NCBI GenBank assembly: GCA_048537945.1
Contig: CM108484.1
Span: 9,059,785-9,123,784, forward strand
Reading direction: 5' to 3'
Length of the DNA stretch: 64,000 nt
Source of the DNA: Mnemiopsis leidyi
Taxonomy: Eukaryota
The notes beneath the pieces were generated by a model. That model saw only the letters and a list, made by a program, of their open reading frames with translations. It was not told the DNA's origin and made no database searches. The translations under genes and the position numbers were made by a program. Positions 41,601-50,600 of this stretch are shown piece after piece. Every line of letters starts with the position of its first letter. Position 1 is the stretch's first letter.

Positions 41601-44600
41601 GAAAGGAACATACTGTGAAAGTTTAAAGAAAATCGCACGGTGGGAACACCTCCAAAAAGGCCTTGTTCCATGGTCAGAGTACATATTTCGAGATATTTCC
41701 TTGTGTTTGAGGTTGTATCTCGAAAACTAACACATAGACCCCCAAATGTTTTTACATTTTCTGATAGTTTAGATCAAAAGAAACATACTGTGAAAGTTTA
41801 AAGAAAATCGCACGGTGGGAACACCTCCAAAAAGGCCTTGTTCCATGGTCAGAGTACATATTTCGAGATATTTCCTTGTGTTTGAGGTTGTATCTCGAAA
41901 ACTAACACATAGACCCCCAAATTTTTTTACATTTTCTGATAGTTTAGATCAAAAGGAACATACTGTGAAAGTTTAAAGAAAATCGCACGGTGGGAACACC
42001 TTCAAAAAGGCCCTGTTCTATGGTCAGAGTACATATTTCGAGATATTTCCTTGTGTTTGAGGTTGTATCTCGAAAACTAACACATAGACCCCCAAATTTT
42101 TTTACATTTTCTGATAGTTTAGATCAAAAGGAACATACTGTGAAAGTTTAAAGAAAATCGCACGGTGGGAACACCTTCAAAAAGGCCTTGTTCCAAAATT
42201 TTGGCAATTTGGAACAATGGAACAAGAAAGTCCAACTCCGTGGTTTTTTAGCTATATCTCGAAAACTAAAAAATAGGCCCCCATTTTTTTCGACGAATTC
42301 TTGTAGTTTTGATCGATAGGAACATTCTGAGAAAGTGTAAAGGAAGTTGTACAGTGGGAACACCTCCAAAAAGGCCTTGTTCCATGGTCAGAGTACATAT
42401 TTCGAGATATTTCCTTGTGTTTGAGGTTGTATCTCGAAAACTAACACATAGACCCCCAAATTTTTTTACATTTTCTGATAGTTTAGATCAAAAGAAACAT
42501 ACTGTGAAAGTTTAAAGAAAATCGCACGGTGGGAACACCTTCAAAAAGGCCCTGTTCTATGGTCAGAGTACATATTTCGAGATATTTCCTTGTGTTTGAG
42601 GTTGTATCTCGAAAACTAACACATAGACCCCCAAATTTTTTTACATTTTCTGATAGTTTAGATCAAAAGGAACATACTGTGAAAGTTTAAAGAAAATCGC
42701 ACGGTGGGAACACCTTCAATAAGGCCTTGTTCCAAAATTTTGGCAATTTGGAACAATGGAACAAGAAAGTCCAACTCCGTGGTTTTTTAGCTATATCTCG
42801 AAAACTAAAAAATAGGCCCCCATTTTTTTCGACGAATTCTTGTAGTTTTGATCGATAGGAACATTCTGAGAAAGTGTAAAGGAAATTGTACAGTGGGAAC
42901 ACCTCCAAAAAGGCCTTGTTCCATGGTCAGAGTACATATTTCGAGATATTTCCTTGTGTTTGAGGTTGTATCTCGAAAACTAACACATAGACCCCCAAAT
43001 TTTTTTACATTTTCTGATAATTTAGATCGAAAGGAACATACTGTGAAAGTTTAAAGAAAATCGCACGGTGGGAACACCTCCAAAAAGGCCTTGTTCCATG
43101 GTCAGAGTACATATTTCGAGATATTTCCTTGTGTTTGAGGTTGTATCTCGAAAACTAACACATAGACCCCCAAATGTTTTTACATTTTCTGATAGTTTAG
43201 ATCAAAAGAAACATACTGTGAAAGTTTAAAGAAAATCGCACGGTGGGAACACCTCCAAAAAGGCCTTGTTCCATGGTCAGAGTACATATTTCGAGATATT
43301 TCCTTGTGTTTGAGGTTGTATCTCGAAAACTAACACATAGACCCCCAAATTTTTTTACATTTTCTGATAGTTTAGATCAATAGAAACATACTGTGAAAGT
43401 TTAAAGAAAATCGCACGGTGGGAACACCTTCAAAAAGGCCCTGTTCTATGGTCAGAGTACATATTTCGAGATATTTCCTTGTGTTTGAGGTTGTATCTCG
43501 AAAACTAACACATAGACCCCCAAATTTTTTTACATTTTCTGATAGTTTAGATCAAATGGAACATACTGTGAAAGTTTAAAGAAAATCGCACGGTGGGAAC
43601 ATCTTCAAAAAGGCCTTGTTCCAAAATTTTGGCAATTTGGAACAATGGAACAAGAAAGTCCAACTCCGTGGTTTTTTAGCTATATCTCGAAAACTAAAAA
43701 ATAGGCCCCCATTTTTTTCGACGAATTCTTGTAGTTTTGATCGATAGGAACATTCTGAGAAAGTGTAAAGGAAATTGTACAGTGGGAACACCTCCAAAAA
43801 GGCCTTGTTCCATGGTCAGAGTACATATTTCGAGATATTTCCTTGTGTTTGAGGTTGTATCTCGAAAACTAACACATAGACCCCCAAATTTTTTTACATT
43901 TTCTGATAATTTAGATCGAAAGGAACATACTGTGAAAGTTTAAAGAAAATCGCACGGTGGGAACACCTCCAAAAAGGCCTTGTTCCATGGTCAGAGTACA
44001 TATTTCGAGATATTTCCTTGTGTTTGAGGTTGTATCTCGAAAACTAACACATAGACCCCCAAATTTTTTTACATTTTCTGATAGTTTAGATCAAAAGAAA
44101 CATACTGTGAAAGTTTAAAGAAAATCGCACGGTGGGAACACCTCCAAAAAGGCCTTGTTCCATGGTCAGAGTACATATTTCGAGATATTTCCTTGTGTTT
44201 GAGGTTGTATCTCGAAAACTAACACATAGACCCCCAAATTTTTTTACATTTTCTGATAGTTTAGATCAAAAGAAACATACTGTGAAAGTTTAAAGAAAAT
44301 CGCACGGTGGGAACACCTTCAAAAAGGCCCTGTTCTATGGTCAGAGTACATATTTCGAGATATTTCCTTGTGTTTGAGGTTGTATCTCGAAAACTAACAC
44401 ATAGACCCCCAAATTTTTTTACATTTTCTGATAGTTTAGATCAAATGGAACATACTGTGAAAGTTTAAAGAAAATCGCACGGTGGGAACATCTTCAAAAA
44501 GGCCTTGTTCCAAAATTTTGGCAATTTGGAACAATGGAACAAGAAAGTCCAACTCCGTGGTTTTTTAGCTATATCTCGAAAACTAAAAAATAGGCCCCCA

Positions 44601-47600
44601 TTTTTTTCGACGAATTCTTGTAGTTTTGATCGATAGGAACATTCTGAGAAAGTGTAAAGGAAATTGTACAGTGGGAACACCTCCAAAAAGGCCTTGTTCC
44701 ATGGTCAGAGTACATATTTCGAGATATTTCCTTGTGTTTGAGGTTGTATCTCGAAAACTAACACATAGACCCCCAAATTTTTTTACATTTTCTGATAATT
44801 TAGATCGAAAGGAACATACTGTGAAAGTTTAAAGAAAATCGCACGGTGGGAACACCTCCAAAAAGGCCTTGTTCCATGGTCAGAGTACATATTTCGAGAT
44901 ATTTCCTTGTGTTTGAGGTTGTATCTCGAAAACTAACACATAGACCCCCAAATTTTTTTACATTTTCTGATAGTTTAGATCAAAAGAAACATACTGTGAA
45001 AGTTTAAAGAAAATCGCACGGTGGGAACACCTCCAAAAAGGCCTTGTTCCATGGTCAGAGTACATATTTCGAGATATTTCCTTGTGTTTGAGGTTGTATC
45101 TCGAAAACTAACACATAGACCCCCAAATTTTTTTACATTTTCTGATAGTTTAGATCAAAAGGAACATACTGTGAAAGTTTAAAGAAAATCGCACGGTGGG
45201 AACACCTTCAAAAAGGCCCTGTTCTATGGTCAGAGTACATATTTCGAGATATTTCCTTGTGTTTGAGGTTGTATCTCGAAAACTAACACATAGACCCCCA
45301 AATTTTTTTACATTTTCTGATAGTTTAGATCAAAAGGAACATACTGTGAAAGTTTAAAGAAAATCGCACGGTGGGAACACCTTCAAAAAGGCCTTGTTCC
45401 AAAATTTTGGCAATTTGGAACAATGGAACAAGAAAGTCCAACTCGTGTTAGTTTGAAACATTGAAAACACAGTGAACACTCGATTTGCCTGCATGTTTCA
45501 AGTTGGGAGTCTCTGTCACTTCCAATATAGGGACTACCTCCCTCTGACTTCTGAGGCGTCGAGAATGAAAACAGCACCACAGTTTGAACATTCGCACCGA
45601 TTTTCAACTATTGCCAGGGGTGAAGGAATATGCTCAAAACTGGGGGAGGCACTTTCATCTGAAAATTTGCCTACAGTGCTATCTCGGCGGCACTTCGCAC
45701 CACCTCGCTCGCAAGTGCCTAATGTTAGCGTTTATTTGATCATCGTCATTAGAAACCCCCCTAATTGTGCGTTTTGATGGGTTCCGGGGGAAAAAAGTAA
45801 CTGAACCTCCAATGTTTATGAAGTATGAAATTGTAGTTTGAAATCTGTCGTACAGAATTGTTTGGGGTTCAAAATTTCCGACTAAGTGTGATTTTGAGAC
45901 TGTGGAGGACCATGATATCACATTGTACCTTCTGAAGAGCCCTGTAAACCCTGACCTGGGCCTCATAGTCCATATGTCTTTGTTGGTCGAACCTGTTGCT
46001 ATTGCTTAACTCCACCCCCTCTTCATATTGGTCTATATATGTCTTTGTTGGTCGAACCTGTTGCTATTGCTTAACTTCACCCCCTCTTCATTTTGGTCTA
46101 TATAGTCAGGCTGGCGAAATCATGATAGGGTATATGTCGGTTGTTGGGCTTAAGTTAGATCGAATGTCTTTGCCATTATTTAGCAATTCTGCTATCTTTC
46201 GCTATCTTTCCTCTTGATTAAAAAGTGCTAAATTTTAAAAACCCCTTGATGAATGTTTTTGCGTTCAACTAATGACGATTATGAACTGAATTCTAAATCT
46301 CGGACCCGGAATACAGGTACCAACACCACATTAAAATCTCAGATGCAGTCTCACATGAGAAAATTCATTATATATAACATAAACTAAACCAATTTCATCA
46401 CCCGCAGAGAAACTGGATTAATACAATAGTGTACTCCTTGAATGTAGGATGTACATAATATCATTGCTTCCTCTACATACCCTGTTGTCATTGACTACAC
46501 TACACAAACATGCACGCACCATGATTGCTGTTAACATTTAAATTTAAAAAGTCGCCATTGATAAAGGCGGGGAAAAGAGGCAACGTACAAATAATGGAAA
46601 AATATTGCATTCACTAAAACAAGATCTCAGCAAACCAACCTGGAAACTTTTGTCTTGTAATCGAAGACCTGAACTGCTGAGTTGTGGGGGACCTGATAAG
46701 TAATGACTTTTTTCTTGTCTCTCGGTTTTGTTGCTACTTCTTTATTCTGTTTGTCACCCCTGAGCTTCTCCCGTCCAACTAGAGGATTCAGAGCCTCGGC
46801 TAATAGTTTTTCTATTATCTCAGGAAGCTCTTTAGAATACAACTCTTCATCTTGATTATAGATGTAAGTTTCTCCAATCACTGCTCGAACCTGTAAATTT
46901 TTAGAATTATTTGTTATCCCATTTTGCAGAAAATCAACATTACATCATACAATTAGTATAGTGGTACAGTATACAAAATTGTTTACAAAATAGTAAACAA
47001 TAGTATACAATAGTATACAATGGCATACAATAGTATTCAAAACAGTATATAAAAAATTATACTAAATAGCTCAAAGAAAAGGAGACAAGAAAAAATCCAT
47101 GCTCCTGAAGCTTATTTTTTAAACAAACCTTTCCCGTCTTGACATTTCTAACGTAAACACCCTCGTTGGCGTCCAAGGGTATTGCCTTTCTCTTGGAAAC
47201 AACTTCCATTTCAACAGTTGGACAAAATTCTCGGGGTCCTTTCAGCATCCATTTGTCCCCTGGATTTCTTTGTACCCCCTGAAGAAAAATCTTATTGATT
47301 TGTACCTCTAGAAAACATGGATTTATTGTATCGTGTTGGTGGTTTTTCATTAGGTTTTTAAAAACGTCAAAAGTTAAAGAAAATATAGACAAAACTCCCA
47401 AACAAACTTCGTAACTTTGAAAATCAATAAAAAAAGAACTGCCGCTTTTCTCACGTTATCTGTAAAAGGGAGAATGGCCCTCAGAACGACAGCTTCATCC
47501 TCCAACAGAATACAAACGTCCTGAACCTCTCCATTCTCCAGTGTCTCGCCCGGGTGGAGGAAAAACTCTTTTTCGCCCTGTCATTATAATTAATGGACAT

Positions 47601-50600
47601 GTACATTTGTAGAAATTTAATGTGTAATTAAATTTATGACAGACATTCAATAACTTTTAATTGTGACAGTTCAGCAGGTGAAGACTAAGGGGCATACAGG
47701 AGAGTGAAAACTCTTACTTTTACGAGTTTCTTCCTACCAAACTGGTTCTTTCCATCAGCTCCGACTGGGTCTAATATAACGCAGTACTGTCTGTCTGTTA
47801 GGACCGTTACAGCAACTGTATCCTTTACCTCCTCGAAAACATCAGGAATAAATGAAACGGCATCCTGCAAGGTAAATTCATCAACACAAAATCTAATACC
47901 TCAGGTAAAAGAACAACCAATCTAGTAGCTAGTTCTGTAGTTCATACTTCGCTACAGTTCATAATTTTTTGCAATTTGATAGTTTCGAATCCGAATAATC
48001 GTCACGTGACCCCTTAAGTGATCCAATATAAGGCCCCAAAATGGAAATTTGTAACTTTGATCAAAGAGAAAAGTTAGACCAGTATTTTGGCGTAAAATTT
48101 AACGGCGAATCCGATGGTGACAGTCCCGAAGCTCAAAAAACTTTTTTAAACCTTCTATATGGCCCTTATTGACTCTCTATAGGCCAAAACTAAAATTTTT
48201 TTAACTTTGAGGTAGAAGAAAAGTTAGAATAGTAATTTCACGTAAAATTTGACAAGGGATCCGAATTAAAAGTTCGAAGCTGAAAAAATATTACGTTATT
48301 GCTAAGTGACCCCTTATTCTTGACCTAAAAGAAAAGTTAGACCAGCATTTAGACATGAAATTACAAGGAATCTGAAAACCACGTGTCTTTTCTGGCTGGG
48401 GCACCCTTTGCGTTTTGCGACTGACTCAATACCACATGATTTATAATTCATAAAAAAATTAACCATTTAAAATTGCACTTGCACTTATAGTATAAGGATA
48501 AATCCAATAATTGGAAATTTATCGAGCAAACATCAAAACTAAAACCTTTTCAGTCACCAGCCATTCCTGCCCCGTTTTCCTCTTCTTGCCGAATCTGTCA
48601 GTAAAACTCTGGGTAGCAACCACGTGCAGAGCAAGCTTTTTGTTCAGTTTGTGTGCAGACAGGGCACCTATAATCTGCTCGTGAGGACCAGGTAAGTAAG
48701 CTCCAGGCCTGCTCACCAGCCACTCTTCTCCTGACACTCGGGCTCTTCCTTCTCTGTCCTAATATTAAGAAGTTTTATATTAGCAGGACAAATGACGTTG
48801 TCTTGCCAGCATAATTTGTTGGTCTGGTTCTGAAGATCAAAGCCACTAAATATTTAAGCTGTAAAGATTTAAGCTGAAGTTAATAGCTTTAAAGTTGCAT
48901 TGACATTATGATAGTGTGAGTCTGGAGCTGGCTAAGTATAAAAAACTTGGAGCTGGACTCATTAAAAAATAAACATTCCGAAACTACAACCAAACTCCAT
49001 TAACTCATATCTATCATATCTCAGAACAAAAACCTTGCAGTCTCGTTCAGCTCTAATCCTCAGAGCGGTATGTGGTATTTGAGGGATGACTGTAGCTTTT
49101 ATAGTCTCAACCACCTCCACCTCAATGCGCGGGGTATAAGTACCTGTGAGGGTTCCTTTTAAGTTTGCAATGTGTCATGATATAAGCATCATATAGAAAA
49201 AAATTAGTTTAGGGCCTCCTGTGTTATTTAGATTTAAAATGTACCTGGGCCCTCAAACAGCCATTGGTCCAAAGCAAGACGATTGATTTCACCATCTTTG
49301 AAGTCCCTAAGAGCTTGCAATCTCAGTGCAGTATCACAAGGAACGGCTCTTAGTTTGGTCACTGCTTCATCAAGTCTTTCTCCTGGATACAGCGGGAATG
49401 GTTGTCCAGCAAGTCTCACTTCCAGGTCCCCATATTTCAGTTTGGCCTGAGGTTAATACTTCGTCAACTAAAGAAGGGTAGGCACATAAGTGCTAAAATT
49501 AGCTTATTCTCATGGTTACTGTAAATCCTACTGACAATTATTGTTTTTTTTATTTTAAAATATTACAGCTCTTTTCAGATAACTTTACAATTAAAAAGGT
49601 TTTTACATGGTAAGGTATTTTAGAATTTGCAGTTTAGATGAAATAATTTTTGTTAGACTAAAACTTAATTTGAATAGATGAGTTTTATAAAAAAATAAGG
49701 TTGGTATTTTTGCCATATGATTCTAAGAATATTAAGGACTAAGATATCAGTTGAGAATCATTTTTAGAGCAAAATATGTTTATTTTGAACCTGCCCAGTT
49801 GATTCAAGAACAACATTTCCAGTAGAGTCTTTGGTAACTGGGTGACGAACAACACAATAATGGTTAGGAGGTATAATAACCATTTTTGATGGTCCTTGAA
49901 CAACCTCCTCGTTGTCCTGCAAAATAATTAAGCTCTTTTAACAATAAGTTTTTGTTCTCAACAACAAAAGATTCAGTACAGGGATATAGTCTTGAAGCCT
50001 GAGCTATTTAAGAGTCCATGAGTATGACTAACAAGGACTACAGACACTTTTGACCTTAGGGCGACTGGCTGAGCAAAGCCGGCTGCAATGAAAAATGGCT
50101 GTTTTTGGTTTCTTTTGGTCTTTTTTGCAATAGAAAGTCAGATTGTAAGGCATTTCAATGTAATTAAACCTGAAAATACTTGCCCAGATTTAACTATGGA
50201 CTGACCAAATTCTTGATGAACCTATAATGCATTTGATCATGATTCATGGATTATGCATGGCAGTGGCCTAGCCAGGGGGATCCATTGGATCCCCCCTCTT
50301 GAAATTAAAATTTAGAAAAATTTTAAGACTAATTAGTATAAGGCAAGGATTCATCTGGCATATAAGTAAGTACGACTGTTAGTCTGAATATTTCCTAGCT
50401 TTTTAGTAGTCCCAAGATGGAAATGCGGAGTTTAACTATGCCCTTTTAACGGGTCGTCCACATAAGATGTCATCAAGTTTTCGGCATTTTTTACCAACCC
50501 CCCTCTCCCTCCTCTGTCATCATGAGTTGGTAGTGTTATAGTGGTATCTATCCTGACTTTCTACGCAGGAGATCGGGGGTTCAATTCCCAGATCCGCCAA

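Noticed and set aside
26020-44832. Dozens of identical 61-73-aa ORFs on both strands ([25 protein letters not shown]... and [30 protein letters not shown]...) that look like a conserved gene family
   Set aside because: They are the same 178-bp satellite monomers read in frame. Their perfect periodicity (539/714/889 bp) and their presence on both strands of every monomer show they are repeat artefacts. They have no protein-like composition and no splice context.
15790-45447. Highly regular direct repeats that resemble a CRISPR array or a prokaryotic repeat system
   Set aside because: The sequence is eukaryotic: it has spliced metazoan genes (MVP, clathrin, ArfGAP). The repeats are contiguous 178-bp satellite monomers with no unique spacers, no leader and no cas genes.
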